Part shown: positions 40,194 through 53,445 of the stretch, piece by piece
Layout of the letters: the number at the start of each line of letters is the position of its first letter
Position numbering within the stretch: the stretch's first letter is position 1
Origin: Octopus vulgaris
Taxonomy: Eukaryota
Assembly: GCA_951406725.2 (NCBI GenBank)
Contig: OX597815.1
Coordinates: 211,730,001 to 211,794,000, forward strand
Length of the DNA stretch: 64,000 nucleotides
Direction of reading: 5' to 3'
Translations under genes and position numbers: made by a program
Notes under the pieces: model-generated
Told to the model about the DNA's origin: nothing
What the model saw: the letters and a program-made list of their open reading frames with translations, nothing else
Databases searched by the model: none

Positions 40194-41289
40194 TAGGTTA
40201 CTATTTCAAAGCTTAGCTCATTGTGAATAATGAAGAAGCATTTACACTGTACCTCGACATGCTAGAAATAGCATCTAACTCCCAATTGTCCTAGAAAACC
40301 ACACTGTAATTCCAAAAATGAAATGGCTCACGATCATATAGTACTTATATTCGTGTGTGTGTGAGTGTGAGTAAGTATGAGAGCATGTGTGCGCATGTAT
40401 ATGTGTGTGTGTGTGTGTGCGTGTGAGTGTGTGTGTGTGTACACACACACATGAATACACACGCACACGGACGAAAAACTGCTCAGCATTTCGTCCAGCG
40501 TGCTAGCGATTCTCCCAGCTTGCCGCCTTAACAACAACAACAACAACGACAAAAATAATTACAACACTATTTTCACCAACCAATGCGGTTCCATTTAAAC
40601 AGTAAAATTCTTATTCTCAGCAATCATACGTGGCACAACAATTTAATACTTCCCCACAACATAAAATTCTTATTAAGTATTTTACATTTTCATTATGTCA
40701 TTTCACTTCAGATATCATGCACACATTTTACTATTCTTTAATATGATAAAGACACAGAAGATTCTCAATGACGGAATATTTTACTGCAAATACATTTTTT
40801 ATGCTATTCATACTCCAGATTCCATAGCATACTAAGCGGGACATGAAGCCTATACCATCACATCATACAGCTGCGGCAAAGCTGAGGAAAACACTAGTTC
40901 AGCTATTAGAAAGCAAATAGTGGATCGGTTTTACTCCAGGGAATTTTAACAAATGACATCGAGTTTTATTAAAACGTTCGCACGATTAATATGAAAGCTA
41001 ATGTACTCTGAAAATGTATATTCATCAAACGAAACTTGGCACAGAACGATCATTATTTAAATATGTTTTTCGTGTACATGTATGTATCTAAGTAAGAATG
41101 TGTGTATGTATGTATATATGTATGTATGTATGTATAGATGCATGTACACTTGCATATGTATGAATTTATGCATAATTGTGTGATTGTATTTATGCTTTGT
41201 AGTTCTTTGCTCTGCTTTTTTTTAGCGATTACGTTTAAAGCCATGCCGGATGCCTCTTTGATGTATGCATGTATGACGTGTTTACGCAT

Positions 41290-41830
41290 AAATACATACA
41301 TACACACAAACATAAATATATACATACATGCATAAATGCATACATACTCACAGACATACATACACACACATATACATATGTACATACTTGCATGCATGCT
41401 TACATACATACATAATACATACAAACATACACACATACATACATACATGCATGCATACATACATATGTGTATGCATGCTTACATACATACATAATACATA
41501 CAAACATACACACACATACATACATACATACATGCATACATATATACATACATGCATGCATGCGTGCATGCATACATACATACATGCATGCATGCATACA
41601 TACAAACATACATACATGCATGCATATATGCATGCATACATACATGCATGCATGCATGCATATATGCATGCATACATACATACATGCATGCATGCATACA
41701 TACATGCATGCATACATACATGCATGCATGCATACATATATGCATGCATACATACATGCATGCATGCATGCATACAAACATACATACATACATACATACA
41801 TACATACATACATACATACATACATACATG
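41290..41830. repeat. (CATA)n/(CATG)n compound microsatellite
   Basis: Direct reading. Confidence 0.95.
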
Positions 41831-43004
41831 GTATTGTCTTGACCAGGCCTGATATCGGAAGAATCATTAAAAATGTATTACTAACGCATATTGATATCGA
41901 TAAATATCGATAAATACATGAAATTTGAATAAATCTTCCTACATAGTGAAATATTTTCTGAAATAAAATTTACAACGCATTCCCAGTAAATAAATCCGAT
42001 TGCTGTGAGCAAGCGTCGGATATATTCACAACTGACAAATGTATCTAACTGCTGCGAACAAACCGCGTAAACTCACTTCTACTGTACGACTGCGATAAAA
42101 TCCCATAGAATGTGTTTTCGTTTCTCATATGAAATGGAATATCTGCCTGGTTTGCACATTACATACATGAACATAAAGCAAAATGATGAAAAGAAGTTAA
42201 GGAACCGGTCGTAATTTTCTTGTGTGTATGCAAAACTTAGCTTTCAATGCTGTCAAATGTCAGCATACATCACAGCGCTAATATGATAAAATAAAAACTC
42301 AGGCTTTTCATTTTTTTTTTTTTGTGCTTTGTTTTACTTAGTTTTCGTCTTTTGTCTTTCTCATACTTATGCATTCTTCCTAACATGTTAAATATGTAGA
42401 CTTATATTTAACTTGAGAAAAATAATAAAACATATACAAAAAAAAGACAGCGGTATTTTTATTCAGTTCACAAGAACCAGAATAGGAATCAGAGATGGTA
42501 ACGTAGAACGATGCTCTCAGTTCGGAATATTTTGGGCTGACGATGTCTAGAAACATCTTATTTACTGCATGCGCACAAATGTCACTTGAAAATTGACAAG
42601 TATTTGAGCATATTCGGTGGTGGTGGTGGTGGTAGATCTCCGTCGGTTGACACGACAATCATACAGTAATTCGATCAAACGATTAACTTCTTCCTTGATT
42701 AATATGTAAGTCGATGAGTACAGTGATTGTCATGCATTTTGTGGCTAAGCTGTACCGTTTGAATTACAGGTAGAATCCACCCGACATCTTCACAGCTTCA
42801 CTCACTAAGATTAATTCAAATTTATAGAAAATGACACCTATCGAACTTTGGACCGTGGAGCTGCGAAAACGAACTCCTTAACCATTCGACTACAGTACTC
42901 CAACGGTGCGTATTGTTATGAATCCGCTGGCTTGCATGTCTGCATTTTTAGAGATAAAGTAAATTTGAGAAGAAGGATATTAATTTATAAATATACAGCA
43001 AACT

Positions 43005-43400
43005 GTCAAGCTGGAGGGATCACTAACACGCCGAGCAAAATGCTTTGTGTTATTTCATCTGCCGTTACGTTCTGAGTTCAAATTCCACCGAGGTCGACTT
43101 TATCTTTCATCCTTTCGGGGTCGATAAATTAAGTACCAGTTACGCACTGGGGTTGATATAATCAACTTAATCCGTTTGTCTGTCTTTGTTTGTCCTTTCT
43201 GTGTTTAGCCCCTTGTGGGTAGTAAAGAAATAGGTATTTCGTCTGCCGTTACGTTCTGAGTTCAAACTCCGTCAAGGTCGACTTTACCTTTCATCTTTTC
43301 TGGGTCGATAAAATAAAAATCCGTTGAGTACTGGGGTCGATGTAATCGATTTATCTCCTCCTCGAAATTGCTCTCCTTGTGCCAAATTTTGAAACCAATA
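43005..43400 (+). mobile_element. SINE family 1, nested or dimeric arrangement
   Basis: The body ATTTC(A/G)TCTGCCGTTACGTTCTGAGTTCAAA occurs twice (~43052, ~43236) with two different 3' tails. Confidence 0.8.
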
Positions 43401-45104
43401 TATGAATATACAGAGCAGTTCGGAGACAAAAATGAAATTCAATTGTATGTACATTCTTTAATCACAAATAAATCTGAAATATAATTTCCATTTCCTGACA
43501 TTTGGAACTACTCAGCTCCACCCAAAACAGATGATAGCCTTATCATACCTTACTGGAATATTCTTAGTAATTTCACCATGAAACAACAGAAGTGGAAGCA
43601 AAAATTAGTGAGTTTTCATGTCATACAAAAGGAACAGTAAAAATTGTTAAATATTTTTTACGTTTGATGAGTTTTTATTTTATTTTTGCTCAACTCTGAC
43701 GGCGTTTCAAACATTTCCTAACGTAAACAACTTAATGGAAATCTGAAAAATTCTGAGAAGTCGAGACTGACATACAACAATAAACATCCTTTTGAGAAGG
43801 TTTATTTATTTTTCTTTACTAATTGTATGCTTTTGTTCGTTGGAATTGCACAACAGTTAAATTAACAACTTCAAGCATTTCAATATTGCTTATGTGGTAG
43901 AACTGAGAAAGAGAGAGAGAGAAAGATTGTCGATTTAAAATACATTATCTCATAGAAAAAAATAAAGACTATAATCGGAGGAAACTAAAAGTCTGAGTCG
44001 CTAAAAACAGTTAATAAAATACTTAGAATAAACTTGTGTGTCAGGAGGAGTGTACAGAGAGGAGTGTTGTGTTCTTGCGCCTCAAGCAAGAAAAACAAAA
44101 TTCGAAAAAATGCTATTTCTTCAAAATATTGCTATTTTTTCAATCGGAATTGAAAACAAGTTGTGAAAGCACAGTACATGCTACTAAATCCTTTACGTTT
44201 GAGAATGATGACTACGAATTAGGGTGAGATATTGTGTAATATATGAATAAGTCCTTCCTTGTTTCAAAACAAAATTGAGAGGAGTGTGGCTGTTATTTCT
44301 TGCGATTTAAGAAACCTTATAGAGACTGCTGCAACATATGTTTGTGTGTGTATATATGTATATATATATATATATGCATATGGATACATACATATATATA
44401 TATGCATACATATGCATGTATGTATGTATGTATGTATGTAAGTATAAATTGATCGTATTCATTTACTTATATATTTGTGTTCATACGAAAGTTAAGAGAT
44501 GAATACTGCATTGTCAACACATAATTCTAAATCATTTCTTTCGGTGTTAAGGTGGTTAACCCACAGCGGAAGTTAGTTCTCAAGAGATAAAGCAAAAGTG
44601 AGTTGCGCTCATAGTTTAAATTATAAAGGATATTAGCTTATAAAGAAATTATAGAGAAGCAGTTATCACCCCATAAACTTTGTATAAAAAAGTTTTATAG
44701 AGAAACAAATGCACACGTATAATTTGCAGTTATACTGATTCCTCTTGCAGTTGTAAATCATTTTGTAATAAATTCAAGACGAAATATTTGAGTGGAGAAA
44801 ACAGACTATGAAATTGCTTCCAGTTCTTGGATGAAACTTGATTTTATCATCAATTGAAAGAGGAAAGGCAATGTTGACGTCAGCCGAATTCAAATGCAAA
44901 GTATTGTAATTAAATGCTACAAATTGCTTGTCTTCCAATTCTACTAATTTAACACAGAAGGCATAGCCTTCTGATTTGCTCAAGGGCTAACCGGAAATTC
45001 GTCATTAATTTTCCATAGTTTATTCTAAACTTAGTTAAGTTACAAGAAGCAAAGAAACAATTTTTTTTTTTTTTTTAAAGAGGAAGAGGTTAAACAAAGC
45101 AATA

Positions 45105-45840
45105 ATCTTTTCCACTATAGACACAAAGCCTGAAATGTTGGAGTAGGGAACTATCGATTACATCGACCCCAGTTCTCGATTGGTACTTATTTTAACCACC
45201 CCGAAATGATGAATGGCAAAGTCGACTTTGGTAAAAATTGAGCTCAGAACGAAATGCTGCAAATCTTTGTTTTTGCTCGGTGTGCTAGTGATTCTGCCAA
45301 CTCGCCGACTTAAACAAACCGATGATAACAATTATTAAATGTCATTTACACTGAGTTCAAATTTCGCCGAGGTCAAATTTACCTTTCATTATTTCGGAGT
45401 CGATAAAATGAATACCAGTTAACACTGGGGTCGATGTAATCGACTTATCCCATCCCCACAAAATGTCTCGACATTATGCCTGTGTTACAAAAGATTATTT
45501 GTAATATACGTAAGGCGGTGAGCTTACGGAATCGTTAACGCTTTGTCCAACATGATTAGAGCATTTCTTGCGACAATACGCCCTGAGATGAAATTCCGCC
45601 GAGGTCGACTTGGCCTTTCATCATTTCGAATCGATAAAGTAACGACAGAGGTCGTTGTAATCGACTGACTTCCCATCAAAATCTCTTGATCCTGTGCTAG
45701 GATTTGAAGTAACTATTTGTAACACAAAGTCGTGTGCCGGTAGTATTGTTAGAGCGTCGTAAAAGTGCTGAATTTCTTTCAGGTATATCTTTTTCTGTGT
45801 TCAAATCCCGTCAACGTCAAATTTGCTTTTTATCCCTCAA
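45105..45840. mobile_element. Cluster of about four older SINE family 1 copies (one minus, three plus)
   Basis: Repeated GAGGTCGAC/GCCTTTCATC/GGGGTCGATGTAATCGAC blocks. Confidence 0.78.
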
Positions 45841-47559
45841 AATTACTGACTTTTATCCTAAGCTGGAAATTGCTATTGATTAAGATTTTTTTTGCCAAGA
45901 CTCGATATATAGACAGACATAAACATCTTGCTTATATATACAACATCTTCATGGGCAGAAAAGAAGGCATAAACCAGGCTAGTTCCTATCATGTATTTAT
46001 ATCTGATCATCAGTAATTTATAAATAAAATTTATGTCCGTATGTTCCGACAATGGATATTGTAGTTGTTCTATCAACTGAACTGTCTGCTCATTATATCA
46101 GTGTCTCATTGTTCCGCAAACATTTAAAGTATTTCTTAAATGGAATCAGAGTGACACAGTATCTGATAAAACTCACTTTTGAATGGAAAATACCGCCCGA
46201 CTAACAGGTTTCGATGCAGTTTCCATCTATTCACAATTATTTCAATATAATGCAACATGATGTTCTATGGAAAGAGAAGTACTTGATACATACATCATAT
46301 CCTAGCGTAAGGTTGATAATGGCAAGAAAATCCGATAGGAGTATGATTATAAATCGGTTACCCTCAATTGCAGCTCGGTATTTCATCGTGTTGATCTTAT
46401 CATGAGTGCTATGAGCAAATTGTTTCTATTTAGCAGAATCCAGTATGTTGTCAAGAACAATATGATCAAATTTAAGAAAAATCCTTTGATTGTCCCTCGG
46501 GACATACACTAAGCTGTATTTTCTTCATTGTACATGGATGTCTTACTACGCCTGGTTTCGCGTAGAAAAAATCCGAAGAAATTACCAAGGAGTGAAAAGT
46601 AAGCAACGGCATGTGTTAAATATTTAAAGGCATTGAATAACATGAAATATCTGAGAGTGATTAATGGCAATACCTTCATGCTAATAGAAGTTCATCGGAA
46701 ATATATCCTCTAGATTGTAAAAAGATTTGGTTAATAGCTGTTACTCTATTTCTATTTGTTCCCACATAGACTGTTGCAACAGACTTTAATCAACCTTTAA
46801 ACAAGCAGAATGTAAATAAAGTTGATTCTGTGCGTAATATATTTTAAATATAAGCGACAGATTTCGGATTTATTGACAAAGAAAAGCAGTTAAGTTGAAT
46901 GTTTCACAGAATTTTCAAATGAACATTCGAGAACCTTACTTCTGCTGCGTAACATACACTTAAAAGTAGTTTAAATAAGTTAAGGTTTCTATTGTTTTTA
47001 ATCCATTATGTGGACTGTATTGTATAAAGATACCACAATAATGTCAGTATCATTACAAAGTACACTCAAATTAGAATTTCGAGTCCGATATCGGACTATA
47101 ATTTTCATTTCCATTTGACCACTGTCGTTAAATAACATTTCCTAAAGTGTCTGGCCATTGAAGAAAGCTGATACAGAAGAGAGATATGCTACTCTTCCAT
47201 CTTTTGAATTGCTATATTTAAAAGCATTCGAATATGACCTTCGTGACTTTATAGATATAGAGAGACACGAAATAAATTAGACAATTATATAGGCTTCAAC
47301 ATGAAATTAAGCTAGTAAATAATAAAAGAGAAGGCAAGAAAGTATTAATAGATACTAACAGGTTCACACATCGTCAAAGCAACGTTCTATCACAATACCA
47401 GATTAACAGCTTATGTTCAGATAAATTTCCAAAACTACGACTAAGAACTTTAATACAATGGAAATATACTTCCACTGCACCATTGAATTACGGGGTGACG
47501 CAATAAGGTTCACTGTAAACTGTATGAGACATGCATGGAACATGCAATTAACTGCATTA

Positions 47560-47818
47560 ATAAAAAATAAATGCGCCCTTTTAAAGCCTAGCCAGGCTCA
47601 TGGGCCCGGTTTCGCGGTTTCTATGGTGTATGTGTTCTGCTGCTGGACAGGACGCCAGTCCATCGCAGCGTTACTCATTTTTGCCAGCTGAGTGGACTGG
47701 AGCAACGTGAAATGAAGTGTTTTGATCAAGAACACAACACATCGCCCGGTCCAGGAATCGAAACCCAATCTTACGTTCATGATGCTGACACCCTAACCAC
47801 TAAGCCACGCGCCTCCAC
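47560..47818 (-). mobile_element. SINE family 3
   Basis: TSD CAAT(T/G)AACTGCATTA; homologous to 11901 and 29008. Confidence 0.92.
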
Positions 47819-48159
47819 AATGAACTGCATTATTAAGTAAAATTTATAGCAATCATATGTCTTGTTCATAATAATCAAAATTCTAAGTTTAATAATACTG
47901 ATTTTGTTGTGACCTCTATGTCAACAAGGGAAGTGTTAGCTCTTCACTAATTTTCAACATTTTTTAAATATCTTGACTATACGGATGCGCATACACGTAC
48001 ACTATAGCGAGGAATAGCATTGCATTTGCTGAATACATTTGCTGGATACTTGTGGATTTATGACTATGGTATCATGTCCCATATAGAGACGAATTACCAT
48101 CATTAAGTGGAACGTTTCATAACTGCGACGTATTGCATAAAACCAATGGTAGTAACATA

Positions 48160-48190
<31 letters not shown>

Positions 48191-48985
48191 TGCTGTTGTT
48201 ACCATTTAGAAAAAATCTATCTGGACTATAAGCGGTTGATATCCGATACAATGACGAACGACGGTTAAATGTGTCAGAATTTGTAGAACACTTTAACCAT
48301 AATATCGTACTTTTACGATGCATAATAAAGTACTCCGTAGGGTTCGCTTTTTTCCCGTCCAACACGCAATCAACCCCACTTTTTAACACTGATGTTAATA
48401 GTTTCTATATAACCATGGAACCCGAAATTTACATCAGCTGTCAAGTTCTGTTCTTTTCAATCTTATCTGTTCTACTTAGACATTTTTTCTCTCCTTATCT
48501 TTACCATCTTTTAAAAAATGGAGAAATCTGAGCGGGAACAGAATATAGTGAAAACACGGTTGTCTAATTTTCATCTAATGTACAGTATTCAAGTCTTTTG
48601 TTTTTAGTGTCAGTCTGTTTCAGAAAAAATACTATATCGTCCCTAGAGTTCAAATGTAAAAGCCGATACACGCATATTCATACATCTTACTAAATATGGG
48701 TTACAAACCGAACTGTAAAATCATTAAGTAGATTAAAACTACCGGTTTTAAAGCGACGATAATATTTTGACAAATTAAATTAAAATGTTGAAGTGAAACT
48801 AACGGTTTCTGTGTGTTCTTAAATGGCTTACAAACACCTTCCACGTTGCAATTGTTTTTGTTTCAGCACACCATCTCAGATCAAGTCACTTGTTATGCAA
48901 GTACATCTCCGTAATTATATATATACGAGTATATATATTTGAAAAAGGAAAAGAATGACTTCACTGGTAGTTCTAATCTATTTAA

Positions 48986-49040
<55 letters not shown>

Positions 49041-49143
49041 TTATAAATAAGGATAATATCGATATTTAAATATCGATATTATCAAGTGGCCAGCATGAGA
49101 ATAAATGCCATACAAAGGTAATAATTTTTTACAACTATAAATA

Positions 49144-49189
49144 AGGGTATCTGAGAGACACCACCATGCCGAAATAGCAGTCAAACCCT
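49144..49189 (+). ncRNA. Decayed hammerhead-like motif in a TA-flanked cassette (49037-49320)
   Basis: AGGGTAT-CTGAGA-GACACCACCATGCC-GAAA-TAGCAG-TC-AAACCCT. Helix I is 6/7 bp; one core base is missing and helices II and III carry mismatches. Confidence 0.45.
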
Positions 49190-49569
49190 GATTCTAAGAA
49201 CCACCTAAAATGTTTATATCGCACCATGAGATAAACTAGCAAAAAGATATTACTGGATAATTCAAGATCTTGGATTTCTAGCTTTGCTTTAAATAAACTT
49301 TGCCGTCATCGGTTGAATATATCAGAGCACATAAATACAAATATATATATGCAGAACAAACGTTATACTTACATATACGAACGTCCATACATATATATGC
49401 ACGTATTATATATATATATATATATATATATAATACACACACACAAAGAGGACAGAAGTACATAGACATCCCATAAAACATCGCTTTATGTTTATTTTAA
49501 ATGTAAAGGTTTATATTTCTTACTAATGAACATTTTTATGTTTCAGGTTCAATATGTGACTGTTTAATC

Positions 49570-50100
49570 ATGCCACGTACAAAAGAAGCCTTGGAACTGT
49601 CCTAATTTCAAAGAGACTTTATTGTGGGTCAATCTGAAGATGGACTTAGCGTAAAATAGCAAAAAACCTTGGGATATCGCCTTCTATAGTTAATAGGGTC
49701 ATTGTGCAAATCACCAGAGAGGGGAAGGAGACCACATACCTTGACCAGGTCGACCACAGCCTTCTGACAGGACCCTTTGTAGTGTAGAGGACAATTCTTA
49801 TTGCAAGGCCTCCAGAACAGCTGTCAGGTATCTCCACAAATTTGGCTACTATGGCAGAGCAGCAAGGAGGAAGCAACTTCTTCACCCAGCCAATATCAAA
49901 TGGATGAAAGATTGGGCCAATGAGATGATGGAGTGGCCACATGGACTGGCTGTTGGTGATACTGTCATATTCTCTGATGAGTCTAGATTTGTTGTATTTT
50001 CTGACAGTGGTCGAATGTGGGTCTGGAGACTCAATGATCAAGAATTTGAGATGAAAAGATTTCTTCCAACAATGAAACAAGGCAGCTATTCTGTGATGGT
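49570..50100 (+). mobile_element. Tc1-like transposase 5' fragment (pseudogene)
   Basis: MPRTKEALELS*FQRDFIVG...KIAKNLGISPSIVNRVI...GRP...VIFSDESRF...KQGSYSVMV; truncated at ~50100. Confidence 0.85.
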
Positions 50101-50132
50101 CCAATTGCCCCTGACGTCACTAGTGAGGAGTA

Positions 50133-50194
50133 TAAGTTAGACATGGCCTGGGCCAATAATGGCCGAAACCTATCAAAGTATCAAAGTATCAAAG
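50133..50194 (+). mobile_element. Inverted copy of the CR1-LINE 3' terminus
   Basis: 50133-50184 is the exact reverse complement of 50420-50471; ends in (TATCAAAG)3. Confidence 0.92.
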
Positions 50195-50246
<52 letters not shown>

Positions 50247-50383
50247 TATACGTATATATATATATATATATATACATATATATACATATATATATATACA
50301 TATATATACATATATATATATATATATACATATATATACATATATATACGTATATATATATACATATATATACATATATATAC

Positions 50384-50418
<35 letters not shown>

Positions 50419-50419
<1 letters not shown>

Positions 50420-52029
50420 TTGATACTTTGATAGGTTTCGGCCATTATTGGCCCAGGCCATGTCTAACTTAATAGCACCACCTGGTGAAGTCTTTCAAGT
50501 CAGAATTTGGGCACTATGGCCCACTCAAGTAGAGAGTTATTGTTTACAGAGACATATCCGGGTGTAGGGGGTTTATCCGGGATTTCTTGAAGGAATCTGT
50601 CCAAAGACTTCTTGAACCCTATAGGGCCAGTTTCTGTTTTAATGTGTTTTGGTGTAATGTTAAAGAGAGCGGGGCCAATTGAGGTGAAATAATTGTGCCG
50701 TATTGTTGTTATGAGATGAGAGTGCGATTTTTGTTTTGGGCGGATGGCACGGGGCCCAAGCCTTGGATGTACCTTAAAGGTGATGCCAACATCATTTGGG
50801 CAATGCTGATGGAATATTTTCCACATCATGCAGATGATGTAGCGCTCACGACGACGTTGGAGAGAATAGAGTTTTAGCTTTTCTAGTCGACCCCAATAGT
50901 CGAGGCCTGTCATGCCATCTATCTTTTTTGTGATTGCCCTTTGAGGTGCTTCAACTTTTATGATACCTTGTATTGTGTGGGGAGACCACAGTGGACAACA
51001 GTATTCAAGGTGGGGTCGGGAAAAAGTGGAGAAGAGAAGGATAATGGTGTGGATATCTCTCGACTGGAAAGTTCTGAGAATCCAGGAACACATTCTGCGG
51101 GCCATGTCAACTTTGGTGTTTATATGAGTGGCCCAGCTTATGTTGTTGTCCACAATTACTCCCAAGTCTCTGATGTTGTTGGACGCCGCGAGAGTTTCAC
51201 CTGAAGGAAGGGAGTATGGGAGTTTCAGGGCATCCTCTTTTCCAAAGTGGATTAGCTCAAATTTATCCTCGTTCAGCAGCATATTGTTTTTTTCTGCCCA
51301 TTGGATAACAGCCAGTAGATCTGACTGAAGGCATGTCCGGTCACTCGCCTCATTTATGACCTTCTGTAGCTTGGAGTCATCTGCAAAGATTTTTATGTTG
51401 CTGTGCTTGATGATGTCATTAATGTCATTAATGTAAATGATGAAAAGAAGTGGGCCCAGCACAGTGCCTTGCGGAATGCCACTACTGACTTTGGCTGGGC
51501 TTGATTTTACCCCTTCAACTACAACATGTTGAGATCTGTCTGTCAGGAAACACTTAATCCATTTCAGTAACTTTCCAGAGACACCAATGTTGGATAGTTT
51601 TTTCAATAGGATCTTGTGATCGACCCTGTCGAAGGCCTTACTGAAATCAAGGTAGATGACATCGGTGTTGGAGCCCTCTCCCAAAGCTCTCAAAATGTCC
51701 TCAATGTGATGCAGGAGCTGCGTTAGGCAGTCCCTTCCATTACGGAACCCATGTTGGTTGGAGATCAGCCGTCTGTTGCTTTCCAGAAATTGGGTTATTT
51801 GAGATCTCACCACCCTCTCAAATACCTTGATGATATGAGAGGTGAGTGAGATCGGACGGTAATTCACTGCAAGGGACTTGTTTCCCTTTTTGAAAACTGG
51901 GACAACAGACTGGGACAGAAGGTTTTTTGGAATATAGCCAGCATCCAGTGAGTTTCTCCACAGATTAGCAAGGGGAGATGCAAGTTGGTGTCGACACACC
52001 TTCAGGACACAAGCAGGGAACCTATCGGG
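50419..52029 (-). mobile_element. Young 5'-truncated CR1-group LINE inserted in (TA)n
   Basis: Uninterrupted RT ORF, short 3' UTR with a GGCCA/TGGCC stem-loop, TATCAAAG tail, (TA)n on both sides. Confidence 0.95.
50500..52029 (-). CDS. LINE ORF2 reverse transcriptase (endonuclease missing, no native start)
   Basis: YRPISLTS, QHGFR, DVIYLDFSKAFDRVDH, SGIPQGTVLGPLLFIIYIND, FADD, RDLGVIVD, RPHLEYCCPLW. The first ~63 aa of the track ORF come from flanking DNA and microsatellite. Confidence 0.9.
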   Translation of the reverse strand, partial: PDRFPACVLKVCRHQLASPLANLWRNSLDAGYIPKNLLSQSVVPVFKKGNKSLAVNYRPISLTSHIIKVFERVVRSQITQFLESNRRLISNQHGFRNGRDCLTQLLHHIEDILRALGEGSNTDVIYLDFSKAFDRVDHKILLKKLSNIGVSGKLLKWIKCFLTDRSQHVVVEGVKSSPAKVSSGIPQGTVLGPLLFIIYINDINDIIKHSNIKIFADDSKLQKVINEASDRTCLQSDLLAVIQWAEKNNMLLNEDKFELIHFGKEDALKLPYSLPSGETLAASNNIRDLGVIVDNNISWATHINTKVDMARRMCSWILRTFQSRDIHTIILLFSTFSRPHLEYCCPLWSPHTIQGIIKVEAPQRAITKKIDGMTGLDYWGRLEKLKLYSLQRRRERYIICMMWKIFHQHCPNDVGITFKVHPRLGPRAIRPKQKSHSHLITTIRHNYFTSIGPALFNITPKHIKTETGPIGFKKSLDRFLQEIPDKPPTPGYVSVNNNSLLEWAIVPKF

Positions 52030-52196
52030 TATATGTATATATATATATATATACGTACATACATAAATATATATTCTTACATTCCACTGAAACAAAAGTA
52101 AAATAATATATATTTCTCTAAGTATATATAAACACATACAAATATACATACACATACATACATATAAACATACAAACATAGAATTAACTGACACGT

Positions 52197-52260
52197 TCTC
52201 TACAAATCTATTCCCCATGACTCATCGATCTCTACAAATCTATTCACCATGACTCATCGA
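52197..52260. repeat. 32-bp tandem duplication
   Basis: TCTCTACAAATCTATT(C)(C/A)CCATGACTCATCGA twice. Confidence 0.9.
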
Positions 52261-52699
52261 TGCAACTGTCACCAGACGACGATCTTGACCACCATTATCA
52301 TCTCTACAATTACTGACTTCTTTTGTTGCTGTTGCTCTCACTGCTAGTATATTTACTAAAAGCAGCAGTAGTAACAGTAGGCAGCATCTTGAATACAATG
52401 AACATTGTACGGAATATACGAAATGCGAGAGACAATGAATCGGAGTAAGTCAAGTTGAGCTCAAAATACGTGAGACGATAATAAAACTCTGTTCAAATAT
52501 AAGAAAGCTTACCTGAAGCAGGTGTTCACGTCGAAGAGTGTCAAGAGATGACATATGAAGCAGGGGATCACACTAGAGGTTATTCAATCAACATTATGTA
52601 TGATGTTTTGTGCTGTTTTATGTACAGTGTAAATATTTTTGGTGGTATGGTAGTCCACACTATATGATAGTGGTCTAACCATGAAATAACAAATTTATC

Positions 52700-53087
52700 T
52701 TTTACTCTTTTACTTGTTTCAGTCATGTGACTGTGGCCATGCTGGAGCACCGCCTTTAGTCGAGCAAATCGACCCCGGAAGTTATTCTTTGCAAGCCTAG
52801 TACTTATTCTATCGATCTCTTTTGCCGAACCGCTAAGTTACGGGGACGTAAACACACCACCATCGGTTGTCAAGTGATGTTGGGAAGACAAACACAGACA
52901 CACAAACACACACATATATACGACGGGCTTCTTTCAGTTTCAGTCTACCAAATCCACTCAAAAGGCTTTGATCGACCCGAGGCTATAATAGAAGACACTT
53001 GCCCAAGGCGCCACGCAATGGGACTGAACCCGGAACCATGTGGTTTGTAAGCAAGCTACTTACCACACAGCCACTCCTACGCTCCTA
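52700..53087 (-). mobile_element. SINE family 2, full copy
   Basis: Homologous to 15958. Confidence 0.92.
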
Positions 53088-53445
53088 TAATCAAATTTGT
53101 TCAAGCCTTGGTTATCCTTGTCTTTTTTTATATTTCGAGGTATGGTATACCCATGACTACATTATTCAGTGTGCTCTCCCAGTTTAAACCGGAAATATGA
53201 GATATGAGGAGATGTTTGGCTGTTATTTGTAGCATATTAAATGACAACGTAAAATCTATGCTGTAGTGGTTTTTCTTTAACTTGAATCGGGCCTAGATCG
53301 AATCGAGAAAACCTAGATCAAAAGTGTTCTCTCGTGTTCGTTCCATTTCTTTCGTATTTTCCTAGTGTTTCTAGTGGCCAGCATTTTGCACTTCCTTCTT
53401 AAGACATGGAGACAAATATATACATACATACATACATATATATAT

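Noticed and set aside
52030-52218. N-terminal extension of the 572-aa RT ORF
   Set aside because: Read-through into flanking DNA beyond the LINE 5' truncation point
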